The notes under the pieces are model-generated. The model saw nothing but the letters and a program-made list of their open reading frames with translations. It searched no databases and had not been told where the DNA came from. A program made the position numbers and the translations under genes. A stretch of 28,306 nucleotides of DNA from a virus (Duplodnaviria > Caudoviricetes), in the IMG/VR virus record IMGVR_UViG_3300024237_000082, positions 1 to 28,306 of that record. One strand, given 5' to 3'. Below, in pieces: positions 16,745 to 24,529 of this stretch; the first letter of the stretch is position 1, and each line of letters begins with the position of its first letter.

Positions 16745-16916
16745 CTATCTTATCACTTATATCGTTTGCCCATAACATAAAGTATAAGAACATATACATT
16801 GATGCGTAGGATAGTGCTACAAATGCTGCAGCTTGACCTATTACTTTCAACACATTCTTACGATTCTGTTTCTTTGTTAGTTCTTTGATTAAAATGTACT
16901 CTGTTTGATTTTCCAT
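16731..16916 (-). CDS. Small single-pass membrane protein
   Basis: Basic stretch followed by hydrophobic VIGQAAAFVALSYASMYMFLYFMLWA. Confidence 0.6.
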   Translation of the reverse strand: MENQTEYILIKELTKKQNRKNVLKVIGQAAAFVALSYASMYMFLYFMLWANDISDKIVGLF

Positions 16917-16935
16917 AATATAATTATTGGTTAAT

Positions 16936-16959
16936 AAAAAAGGGGAGTTGCCTCCCCCT
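16936..16959 (-). terminator. Rho-independent terminator
   Basis: GGGGAG-GCAA-CTCCCC (GNRA loop) followed by T6. Confidence 0.85.
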
Positions 16960-16964
16960 ATTTT

Positions 16965-17162
16965 TTAATTATTTTCGTGAATACTAATTAATTTGGTCTG
17001 TAAACTTATTAATTCTTTTATTCTAATTTTTGCTTGGTCTGATACAGTTTCTGTTCCGTAAACCATTCTGTTATCATTTAATTCCTTTGTTGCGTAAATT
17101 ATTTGAGTTTGTGTATAATCAATTAACTCAAATAATTCTTTTTTTGTAATTTGTGTTTTCAT
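16965..17162 (-). CDS. Hypothetical protein
   Basis: 65 aa ORF between a host-type promoter and a terminator. Confidence 0.6.
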   Translation of the reverse strand: MKTQITKKELFELIDYTQTQIIYATKELNDNRMVYGTETVSDQAKIRIKELISLQTKLISIHENN

Positions 17163-17193
17163 TTGTATAATTGTTTTGTTGTTATTAATAGTC

Positions 17194-17223
17194 CAAAGAT
17201 ATAAACATTTTTTAAACTACAAA
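17194..17223 (-). promoter_or_regulatory. Bacteroidota sigma-A type promoter (TTTG-N18-TATCTTTG)
   Basis: Exact TAnnTTTG -7 element with upstream TTTG, intergenic. Confidence 0.7.
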
Positions 17224-17241
17224 ACTTTTTTAATATTTTTT

Positions 17242-18408
17242 TTAGTAGATAAAATATTCTCCTTTATTAGGATTCTCTAATTGGTCTGTTAGTACATAAC
17301 GTAAACTATCTATGCAGTCAGGATGCTCACCTGATGGTTTATTTAGGGTATTGCCCTCTTTATCTTTTGCCCATATATAGCCTTGTAGTTCTCTTTTTAG
17401 ATTCCTGCTTCTTGCTGTAACGTATATTTCATTTTGATTAATAAGGTTAATACCAAAGTTTACGCTATCTCTTCCTTTTGTACAGGGATATATATTATGC
17501 CCATCTCTTCTTAAAGTTTCTATACTCTTTGGTTCTGCTGAATCTGCAATCAGGTTTTCTTTTATATTGTTTTGAGTAAGAAACAAAGATAAATCCCTTA
17601 ATACTGTATTAGACTTATAGAACACCTCATCAGCTATGTAAGCATCATTCCACTTGTATAAAGAAATTACTACAGTAGGGTCGTTATATCCAAAATCAAC
17701 TCCGTGTGCCAATATACGAGCATCTTCAGGTATTCTATCTATCTCTTTCCAATCAGGAATACATACACCTTCTAAAGAACCTGTTTCTCCTAATCCATAT
17801 ACTTTCCACCAATTTGCCCAATAGGTTGAGGTTTTAGCTTTCTCTTTAGCTTTCTCTATTTCTTTTACTATTGTTTTAGGTAATGCGTTATTGTCTTTGT
17901 AAGTAAGTGTGATGTAATCGGTGTCCTGCTTTCCTATCAGTTCTTTGTCTACCCAAAACAAGTTAGATGGATTGTAGTCCAACCATATCACTCCACTTGT
18001 TCTTACTGCTAATTGTGTGTAAGCATCAAAAGGAACATTGTTGCACTCGTTAATATATAAGTCTGTTCTTCTTGCTCCTCTTAATTTATCAGGTTGGTCT
18101 GTAGAAAAGAACTCTATATAACTACCATTTGTAAAATTGTATTTTAAGGTACTTTTATTAAACTGACTATCATTATACCTCTGTAAACCCTTTAAGATAG
18201 ATAAGAAGTCCTTTAAAGCACCTCTACGAAGGTGTGGCACAGATTCACTAACTACACTTATTTCTTTGTCTCTGTTGTTTATAGCATAATTAATAAGCAA
18301 AGCAAGAATTGAAACAGTCTTGGAAGCTGATGTACCTCCTTTAACTATTCGTATCCTGCTTTGTAGCTGTTGTAGCTTTTTAAGTGCTATAGTTTTCTTA
18401 ACCTGCAT
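17242..18408 (-). CDS. terL: Terminase large subunit (PBSX/Terminase_3-like)
   Basis: Walker A GGTSASKT, Walker B LYINE, LDYNP; RNase H-like nuclease HGVDFG..DP, ADSAEP, DCIDSLRY. Confidence 0.93.
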   Translation of the reverse strand: MQVKKTIALKKLQQLQSRIRIVKGGTSASKTVSILALLINYAINNRDKEISVVSESVPHLRRGALKDFLSILKGLQRYNDSQFNKSTLKYNFTNGSYIEFFSTDQPDKLRGARRTDLYINECNNVPFDAYTQLAVRTSGVIWLDYNPSNLFWVDKELIGKQDTDYITLTYKDNNALPKTIVKEIEKAKEKAKTSTYWANWWKVYGLGETGSLEGVCIPDWKEIDRIPEDARILAHGVDFGYNDPTVVISLYKWNDAYIADEVFYKSNTVLRDLSLFLTQNNIKENLIADSAEPKSIETLRRDGHNIYPCTKGRDSVNFGINLINQNEIYVTARSRNLKRELQGYIWAKDKEGNTLNKPSGEHPDCIDSLRYVLTDQLENPNKGEYFIY

Positions 18409-18432
18409 ATAGGTTGAAGAGTTGGAGTTTGG

Positions 18433-18690
18433 TTAGTCCAAGTCCTCAATAAACAACGGTAAGTCCTCGTTGATTGTAATATCTTTTGTTTCTCTTGGTT
18501 TACCAAGATAGTAGTTAAGATATAACTGAATCCATTTTAGTTCTCCTGATTCTACACCTTTCTTTAGAGCATCTAACGCAGCATCTTCTAAAGGAGATAA
18601 TCTTTCTACTAATTTTATTTCTTCGCTTTTAGGTTTCCTTCCTGCGAATCCTTTTGTAGAATGACCACCGTTATTTTTTCTACCATCCAT
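18433..18690 (-). CDS. terS: Putative terminase small subunit
   Basis: 85 aa directly upstream of terL; N-terminal GG...AGRKPK motif. Confidence 0.65.
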   Translation of the reverse strand: MDGRKNNGGHSTKGFAGRKPKSEEIKLVERLSPLEDAALDALKKGVESGELKWIQLYLNYYLGKPRETKDITINEDLPLFIEDLD

Positions 18691-18717
18691 AATTAAAATA
18701 GATTAATTAATTAATTA

Positions 18718-18744
18718 TACAATAAAACTTTTTATAAAGTGTTA
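18718..18744 (-). promoter_or_regulatory. Putative phage late promoter TAACA-N16-ATTGTA
   Basis: Exact motif; 27 nt before the terS ATG. Confidence 0.75.
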
Positions 18745-19197
18745 ATTGATAAAACCATATTTAGCATAGAACTTTTCTCTCTTGTGATGCTTTTGGTATA
18801 GTTCGTTATAATCTTTAGTAAGTTGTTGTATTGTTTCTCTTTGTTGTTTTACCTCATCTTTTAAAGCTGCGTATTGTAGTACGATACTTTCGTCTGTATG
18901 TAACATTTCTTCAGCATCTTGTTCTACTGCTTTTAGTTTGTTTTTAAGTGCGGTGTAATTATTTCTTACCATCTTATCTTTCTCAATCCAAGATTCAAGT
19001 TGTCTTATGCCGTGTAGTACACTTGCGTAGTGTCTGTTTACTTCTTCACCTATAGATGTTAAACTTAATCGTGTGCTGTCTCTTGTTAGTTTAAAATACA
19101 TTGCACGTGCTTCTACGTATTCTCTCTTTCTTGTTGTAGCATCTATCTTTAGTTCAAAATAGTTTTCTACTAGTTTTTTAATCGTCTCTTTGTTCAT
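18742..19197 (-). CDS. DnaA domain IV-like helix-turn-helix protein with C-terminal coiled coil
   Basis: RKREYVEARAM...SLTSIGEEVNRHYASVLHGIRQ resembles DnaA_C (SL--IG--F-RDH-TV-HA). Confidence 0.7.
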   Translation of the reverse strand: MNKETIKKLVENYFELKIDATTRKREYVEARAMYFKLTRDSTRLSLTSIGEEVNRHYASVLHGIRQLESWIEKDKMVRNNYTALKNKLKAVEQDAEEMLHTDESIVLQYAALKDEVKQQRETIQQLTKDYNELYQKHHKREKFYAKYGFIN

Positions 19198-19393
19198 TTT
19201 CTAATTTATTAATTATATCTTTTATTGTCATAAATCCTGATTCGTGTATTGCTTTTAGTATTCCTGCACACGCCTCATATTCTTCTGCTTCTTCGTATAA
19301 GTTAATAGCTTCTTCAAGTTCTGTAATACTTCTACCATTTGATATATCTACTAAAGCAAGTAAGTAAAACTCTTCTATTATATCTTTATTCAA
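19178..19393 (-). CDS. Hypothetical acidic protein
   Basis: 71 aa; overlaps both neighbours; EEYEACAGI (UVR-like helix pair). Confidence 0.55.
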   Translation of the reverse strand: MNKDIIEEFYLLALVDISNGRSITELEEAINLYEEAEEYEACAGILKAIHESGFMTIKDIINKLENEQRDD

Positions 19394-20043
19394 AACATCC
19401 TTAATTGTGATTGATGTTCTTGTAATCGTTTCTTTGCTGCTTCGTAATAGTCTTTGTCTAATTCATATCCTGCTAAATCATATCCTAAATTATGACACGC
19501 AATAGCTATTGAACCCGAACCTAAATGAGTGTCTAATATCTTATCTCCTTCTTTAGCATAGTTCATTAAAAGCCATTCGTATAATGCTACAGGTTTTTGT
19601 GTTGGATGTATTTTATCACTTGCTGATGTGTTTCCCTCCAAACCTCCATAATATCTATAATCAAATTGTTTTGCAACTTTGTTAAAACTTGTATAAGCTA
19701 ATTCTCCATCTGAAAAGTTTGGAACAGGATTCCCTTTATACCAAAAAATAAAACCCTTACAACCATTAATCCATAATGCAGGAAAATAATTAGCACCCCA
19801 AACAATTTGATTCTTACTTATTCTTTTTAATTCTATAAAATATTTATCCGTAGGTATTGAATCATCCCAATTACTATGCTTATATTTATTTGCTTTAACT
19901 CTTGTCCCATCACTTGTTTTATTGGTTCTATTAAATTCTCCAAATCCAATACCATAAGGCGGGTCAACAATAGCAAGGTCAAACTGATTATCGTCAAACC
20001 CTGCCATTGCTTCCATACAGTCTTGGTTGTAGAGATTAATCAT
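19390..20043 (-). CDS. DNA methyltransferase, N6-adenine/N4-cytosine (beta class)
   Basis: Catalytic IVDPPY near N-terminus, HPTQKP, and SAM-binding ILDTHLGSGS. Confidence 0.9.
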   Translation of the reverse strand: MINLYNQDCMEAMAGFDDNQFDLAIVDPPYGIGFGEFNRTNKTSDGTRVKANKYKHSNWDDSIPTDKYFIELKRISKNQIVWGANYFPALWINGCKGFIFWYKGNPVPNFSDGELAYTSFNKVAKQFDYRYYGGLEGNTSASDKIHPTQKPVALYEWLLMNYAKEGDKILDTHLGSGSIAIACHNLGYDLAGYELDKDYYEAAKKRLQEHQSQLRMF

Positions 20044-20797
20044 TTTTTATATCTCTGTATAATTCTAATTGTTTATTGCACCAAGGTCTAATATGTTCAA
20101 CAGAAGAAAGAACAGGACTGTCATCTTCCGCAAGTTGTTCTAATTGGTCAAATATATATTTCATTTCTCCCAAATTACCTTTTATCTTTTGATGTGCAAA
20201 AGCACAAACTCTATTAACAGTAAATGATTGAATTTTTACGTTACCATAAAATTTACGCATATTGTAAAATTTATTAAATAAGTATTCACTAAATGCTTTA
20301 TTTTTTATAGTTGCATTTCCTTTTTTGTATATCATAGATGAACCGCTATTAAAAAAGATATTTAATACATTACCTACTGTAAACACATCATCAGTTTCTA
20401 AAAACTTTTTATATACATAGCTGTAGTCTTTTCTGTTTCTTGCATAAGTTTTTAAATAATCTAATGCAGTCCACGCTCTATTAGCATTATTTAAACTTAT
20501 GATGTACTGTTGGTATTCATCAAGGTTATTAGTGTCTATCCAATCCACAATATAAACAGGTAAGGTTCTCATACCTATTTTAATTGCCATTTCTACTCTG
20601 TGATGCCCTTCTATAATATTTCCGTATTGGTCTATTACTATAGGCACTAACCATCCAAACTCTTCCACCTTACTTTTAAAAGAATCTGAATGATTCTCTA
20701 CAAAATCTCTATTTACTATAGAGTGCTTTAATTGTTTTGTTGGGTAGTTTAAGTCAAACTTTCCTACTTTGATTTCTGTTGTGTTAATTGTTCTCAT
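20036..20797 (-). CDS. ParB N-terminal (ParB/Srx) domain protein
   Basis: FGWLVPIVID...IIEGHHR motif; C-terminal part unrecognised. Confidence 0.75.
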   Translation of the reverse strand: MRTINTTEIKVGKFDLNYPTKQLKHSIVNRDFVENHSDSFKSKVEEFGWLVPIVIDQYGNIIEGHHRVEMAIKIGMRTLPVYIVDWIDTNNLDEYQQYIISLNNANRAWTALDYLKTYARNRKDYSYVYKKFLETDDVFTVGNVLNIFFNSGSSMIYKKGNATIKNKAFSEYLFNKFYNMRKFYGNVKIQSFTVNRVCAFAHQKIKGNLGEMKYIFDQLEQLAEDDSPVLSSVEHIRPWCNKQLELYRDIKND

Positions 20798-20846
20798 AAT
20801 ATATAATTGTTATTTGTGCTTACTCTATTAGGTTTTCAGCTTCCCC

Positions 20847-21614
20847 TTATAATATTCCTCTCATTACATATTGGTCTAAATCATTTTCTTCTTGAAAGAA
20901 GTATTTGTAATTGTCTACTGCTTGTCTGAATTTGTTCTCGCCTCTTGCTAAAAAATCATCACTCACATCAAAGATTCCTATATCAGTACTTGCTTTGTCA
21001 ATCACTAAAAAGGTAAACTTCTCTTTCTTAAACAATTTAAGATACAGCCACGCTTGTAAATCGTACCCATACTTGTCTGCACTATACCTAAATGTAGAAA
21101 GGTCAGCAGAGGTCTTTAAATCAATTAGAGTATCTCCCTTTGTAATATCTGCTTTGCCTCTAAACGGAAGTCCTTCTATCATATCTATTGCAGGTACTTC
21201 AAAATCTGATTTAGTTAATAGTTTAAGTGCTGCCTCGTTTCTTAATACTGCATCTGCTAATCTTTCTGCTGCACTTCTTTCTTTAGCAAGAAACACCTCT
21301 CCATACTTTGCTTTAGCATCCTTGTACTTGTTAGTGTTCTTTGTGGAAGCATCTACAAAATGTAGCTTATCTACTTTGTGAGGTTCAAGTATCATCCAAT
21401 GTACTAACTTACCTGCTGATAAAGCAGGACTATCTTGATTAGGGTCACCATACTTTAGAATGTTTCTGTATGTCTTTGGACTTTTTAAAAGTGTTTTAAG
21501 AGACGAACTACTTAATGCGTGTTGTCCAAGATGACCGTAGTAGAAGGTGTCATCATACATTTGTGTAAGAATTTCTTCTTTACCCCAATGCTCTCCGTTT
21601 AATAATGTAATCAT
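20847..21614 (-). CDS. PD-(D/E)XK exonuclease (RecE/ExoVIII-like, DUF3799-like); true start probably 21614
   Basis: LSSSSLK, G-LVH--ILEP, RGKAD, IDLKTS, YGYDLQAWLY; ATG 21614 overlaps the stop of an upstream small ORF. Confidence 0.85.
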   Translation of the reverse strand: MITLLNGEHWGKEEILTQMYDDTFYYGHLGQHALSSSSLKTLLKSPKTYRNILKYGDPNQDSPALSAGKLVHWMILEPHKVDKLHFVDASTKNTNKYKDAKAKYGEVFLAKERSAAERLADAVLRNEAALKLLTKSDFEVPAIDMIEGLPFRGKADITKGDTLIDLKTSADLSTFRYSADKYGYDLQAWLYLKLFKKEKFTFLVIDKASTDIGIFDVSDDFLARGENKFRQAVDNYKYFFQEENDLDQYVMRGIL

Positions 21615-21763
21615 AATCTTGTTATTTCGTTTTGTTCTTCTTTTCTTCTGTTCAATTCTTCTTGGCATCTATCAACGTAACCATCTAAAAATTGATGTGT
21701 ATTAATTACTTTTTGTAATTCTTGGTCTGTCATAGACCTGTAGTAAAGTTCTTCGTATGTCAT
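21611..21763 (-). CDS. Small hypothetical protein (50 aa, MTYEELYYRSMTDQELQK...), not in ORF track
   Basis: Manual translation; follows a promoter-like sequence; ATGA coupling to the exonuclease. Confidence 0.6.
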   Translation of the reverse strand: MTYEELYYRSMTDQELQKVINTHQFLDGYVDRCQEELNRRKEEQNEITRL

Positions 21764-21776
21764 AATATTGTTTTTG

Positions 21777-21790
21777 TAAATATAAACAAT
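21777..21790 (-). promoter_or_regulatory. Putative host-type promoter -7 element (TATATTTA)
   Basis: ATTGTTTATATTTAC in a short intergenic gap; variant of TAnnTTTG. Confidence 0.4.
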
Positions 21791-21918
21791 TATTTAACAT
21801 CTTCATCTTTTGGGAATACTTTTTTTTCTAGCTGTTCTAATCTGTTTAGTGCAACCACTAATGCTTGTTGTGTTAGCTTTAAATCGTGTTGCAGCTTTAT
21901 TATTGTGCTTTCTTTCAT
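21790..21918 (-). CDS. Small coiled-coil hypothetical protein (42 aa, MKESTIIKLQHDLK...), not in ORF track
   Basis: Manual translation; starts 1 nt after the methyltransferase stop. Confidence 0.55.
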   Translation of the reverse strand: MKESTIIKLQHDLKLTQQALVVALNRLEQLEKKVFPKDEDVK

Positions 21919-21919
21919 A

Positions 21920-22390
21920 TTAATCTTTAATGAAACATATCCAATGAGTATTCATCTTCTTACCGCTTTTGTGTCCGTATAGCGGTTTATGTTCTGTTAG
22001 TTTTAATATTTCTTTTACAGGAAATTGAACCTCACTCCATTTGAATATAAGAGTACCATTTGGCTTTAAAACTCTAAAACATTCCTTAAATCCTTGTTTC
22101 AACATACCCTTCCAATCCCCTTGTAAAGACCCATACTTTTTAGTTATTTGACTTTCAGAGTTTGAAGATATATGTGGGGGGTCAAATACAATGTGCCAAA
22201 AAGAGTTGTCGGGTTGCTTTATATCAGTAAAGTCCCCTATAATATCAGGGTCTATTATATTCGTTTTTGTTCCACAAGGATAAGTGTCTATGTGGGTTTC
22301 TCTCCTTTTATCTATGAACAATGCTCTTTCATCTTTTTTATCAAACCACATTCCTTTCACACTACAACAAACATCTAACACTTTTTTCAT
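21920..22390 (-). CDS. Compact SAM-dependent (DNA adenine-type) methyltransferase
   Basis: VLDVCC...MWFDK, IVFDPPH, ECFRVLKPNGTLIFKW. Confidence 0.85.
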   Translation of the reverse strand: MKKVLDVCCSVKGMWFDKKDERALFIDKRRETHIDTYPCGTKTNIIDPDIIGDFTDIKQPDNSFWHIVFDPPHISSNSESQITKKYGSLQGDWKGMLKQGFKECFRVLKPNGTLIFKWSEVQFPVKEILKLTEHKPLYGHKSGKKMNTHWICFIKD

Positions 22391-22644
22391 TTCTGTTGTT
22401 TAAGTTTTTGTATATATAATGTAGCATCCATTAGTTCTTCCTGAAGATGATTTAAGAACTTATAGAATCCATCAGGAGAATCGTACAAAGTAGTACCATA
22501 TTTATTTATTCCATCAGCACTACGTTCACGCATCTTACTAACTACCATTTCAACTATAGGGTCTTTAGGTTTGTGATTATAAGATGAGTCCATTGTCCAT
22601 CTATCGTTTTGCATATCTATCCACTTTCTTAAACTATCACTCAT
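22387..22644 (-). CDS. Hypothetical protein, all-alpha NTP-pyrophosphatase (MazG-like) candidate
   Basis: G--KYGTTL...HLQEELMDATLY motif. Confidence 0.5.
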   Translation of the reverse strand: MSDSLRKWIDMQNDRWTMDSSYNHKPKDPIVEMVVSKMRERSADGINKYGTTLYDSPDGFYKFLNHLQEELMDATLYIQKLKQQK

Positions 22645-22701
22645 ATTATTTTTTTTATAACATACTCTATGAAACGAAAAGTTAAATAACCTAATATTAA
22701 A

Positions 22702-23007
22702 TCATCCATATAACGCTTTGTATTTATCTAATTTCTCTTGAAGTTCTTCTATTTTCTTATCAGCAATTCTTGCTCTTTCTACTGCACGTATCTTATCACT
22801 ACGATATTCACTTAATGACTGTTCGTATAACCTTTCGTTAGTAATTAGATTATGTACATAGAATCCTACTTCCTGCCAACAATAATACATTTCGTTAATG
22901 GCTTTGTTTTCAGGTTTCGCTTTTCTTGATTTAACGATATACTCGCCAACTAAATTAAAGTTAGCGTAGTATTCTCCTTCTTTAATATTGTTCAGTTTCT
23001 TGTTCAT
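22702..23007 (-). CDS. Hypothetical protein
   Basis: 101 aa ORF coupled to the upstream stop; C-terminal coiled coil. Confidence 0.6.
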   Translation of the reverse strand: MNKKLNNIKEGEYYANFNLVGEYIVKSRKAKPENKAINEMYYCWQEVGFYVHNLITNERLYEQSLSEYRSDKIRAVERARIADKKIEELQEKLDKYKALYG

Positions 23008-23399
23008 TAGAATTTACATTTAGTGCAATTAAAGTGTTCTCCTATTTTATTGATGTAAGTTATAAAATTTTTTGGTTCTGTAAAATAAGTCCAATCTCCT
23101 TTATAATATCTTGCAGTAACTGTACATTCTTCTAATGGTATATTAGTATTATCATCTTCATATTGATGCTCTACCTTTAAAGCTATACCTCCCTCTCCCC
23201 ATCTATCTACAATTCTTTCTAATATTAGTTTTTGACCTGTAGGTATCTTATTGTACTTTCTTTTTACCTCTCCAAGTATTAATACTTTGCTGTCAAATTC
23301 TAAAACAAAGTCAATATCACTTGGATGCAGCTTACCGTTTTGCACTCCTGTAAAATCAATAACTTGTTTTACTTGGTTTCTATTTCTAATTAAACTCAT
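23007..23399 (-). CDS. Hypothetical protein with PD-(D/E)XK-like motif
   Basis: PSDIDFVLEF...ILGEVK. Confidence 0.55.
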   Translation of the reverse strand: MSLIRNRNQVKQVIDFTGVQNGKLHPSDIDFVLEFDSKVLILGEVKRKYNKIPTGQKLILERIVDRWGEGGIALKVEHQYEDDNTNIPLEECTVTARYYKGDWTYFTEPKNFITYINKIGEHFNCTKCKF

Positions 23400-23812
23400 A
23401 AATACTGATTATATACAGCTTGTAAATCTTTCCATACTACCTTACCAAAACTACAAGGTGTACATTCAACTTTGGTTTTAAATATTCTTTCGTAAATGTT
23501 TTTGTACGTTTCCTGCTCTTCAGGTGTCCACTTATTCTTTTTAGTATCTACTGCCATTTTAATTAAATCAAACTCTGATTCACTTAAACATTCAGGTTTC
23601 TTGTATCTAAACATTTCGTTTAATTTTACTTTTCGTTCATCACATCCACAATCTTCACCTGCTATAAACTTTACTGCTTTCTTTATTCCTGTAGCTTTTG
23701 TTATCTTCTCAACCGTATCTCCAAGTCCTTCACTCGCTTGTGTGTGTTTAGCTTTCCACTCTTTGTACTCTTTAGTGCGTTTGTCTCCTTTAAATTCTGT
23801 CATAATCTCCAT
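23396..23812 (-). CDS. Cys-containing hypothetical protein
   Basis: GLGDTVEKIT...EDCGCDERK and CTPC motifs. Confidence 0.6.
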   Translation of the reverse strand: MEIMTEFKGDKRTKEYKEWKAKHTQASEGLGDTVEKITKATGIKKAVKFIAGEDCGCDERKVKLNEMFRYKKPECLSESEFDLIKMAVDTKKNKWTPEEQETYKNIYERIFKTKVECTPCSFGKVVWKDLQAVYNQYL

Positions 23813-24338
23813 TTTTATAATCCAAAAAATCTTCTTTGAATGTATCCTTAATTTCTTGTTTAGCGTGTTTTAAGGTATTAAATATACTTACCCAACTAAT
23901 ATTGGTTTCTGCTGCTATACCTCGTATGCTTAAATCAGTATCTCTGTAAAGAGAAAACAATTTCTTTTCGTACCATCTCCATCCATCAATGTGGTCATCT
24001 ATCATTGTACAGATTTTATGAAATGCTACTTGTTCATCCATTTGCGAATCGTTCGGAATTTGGATGGTAAACTCTTCATCATCAAGAGAAACTTTACTAA
24101 TCTTTCTTTTAGAGTTGTAATACTGATAGTAAAGAGAACGACAACAAAAGTATATATAACCCCTGCTAACGATACCATTTCTAATAACTTTGTTTTCATC
24201 TGCATACTTATAAATAGTTAAGTACATCTCCTGCACTATATCTTCTGCATAGTCGTACTCTCCAAAACTTTTTACAATGGCAATCCACTCTTTGTGCCTT
24301 TCAGCTACTTTTGCGAGCCATTCAGTTGGTTTATCCAT
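23790..24338 (-). CDS. Phage RNA polymerase sigma factor (ECF/sigma-70 region 2 + region 4)
   Basis: AEDIVQEMYL (region 2) and LSIRGIAAETNISWVSIFNTLKHAK (region 4 HTH); 182 aa. Confidence 0.85.
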   Translation of the reverse strand: MDKPTEWLAKVAERHKEWIAIVKSFGEYDYAEDIVQEMYLTIYKYADENKVIRNGIVSRGYIYFCCRSLYYQYYNSKRKISKVSLDDEEFTIQIPNDSQMDEQVAFHKICTMIDDHIDGWRWYEKKLFSLYRDTDLSIRGIAAETNISWVSIFNTLKHAKQEIKDTFKEDFLDYKNGDYDRI

Positions 24339-24529
24339 ATCACATTAATACTAATTATACCGAGCAAACATTGCAGGGTAACCTCATCTTCTTGTTCGTA
24401 TTGTTCTTTGTGATATAAAAATCCAAACATTATTCCCTTAATAGGACTTATTATAATCTCTGCACTCTTAAATTGACCTATAATCAAAAAAGAAAATGCT
24501 ACTACTAATAAAAGTCCTACTACTATCAT
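24305..24529 (-). CDS. Small membrane protein
   Basis: Hydrophobic N-terminus; start overlaps the helicase stop. Confidence 0.55.
   Translation of the reverse strand: MIVVGLLLVVAFSFLIIGQFKSAEIIISPIKGIMFGFLYHKEQYEQEDEVTLQCLLGIISINVIWINQLNGSQK

Noticed and set aside
18691-18717. TAAT/ATTA tandem run upstream of terS as a pac site or origin
   Set aside because: It is a low-complexity AT run with no independent support from sequence alone
20815-20846. GGGGAAGCTGAAAACCTAATAGAGTAAGC upstream of the ParB-N gene as a ribozyme or structured RNA
   Set aside because: It lacks the hammerhead CUGANGA/GAAA core, pairing is weak and it is single copy; a covariance search would be needed
21615-21668. N-terminal extension of the exonuclease ORF
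   Set aside because: It overlaps a better upstream 50 aa ORF whose stop couples to ATG 21614
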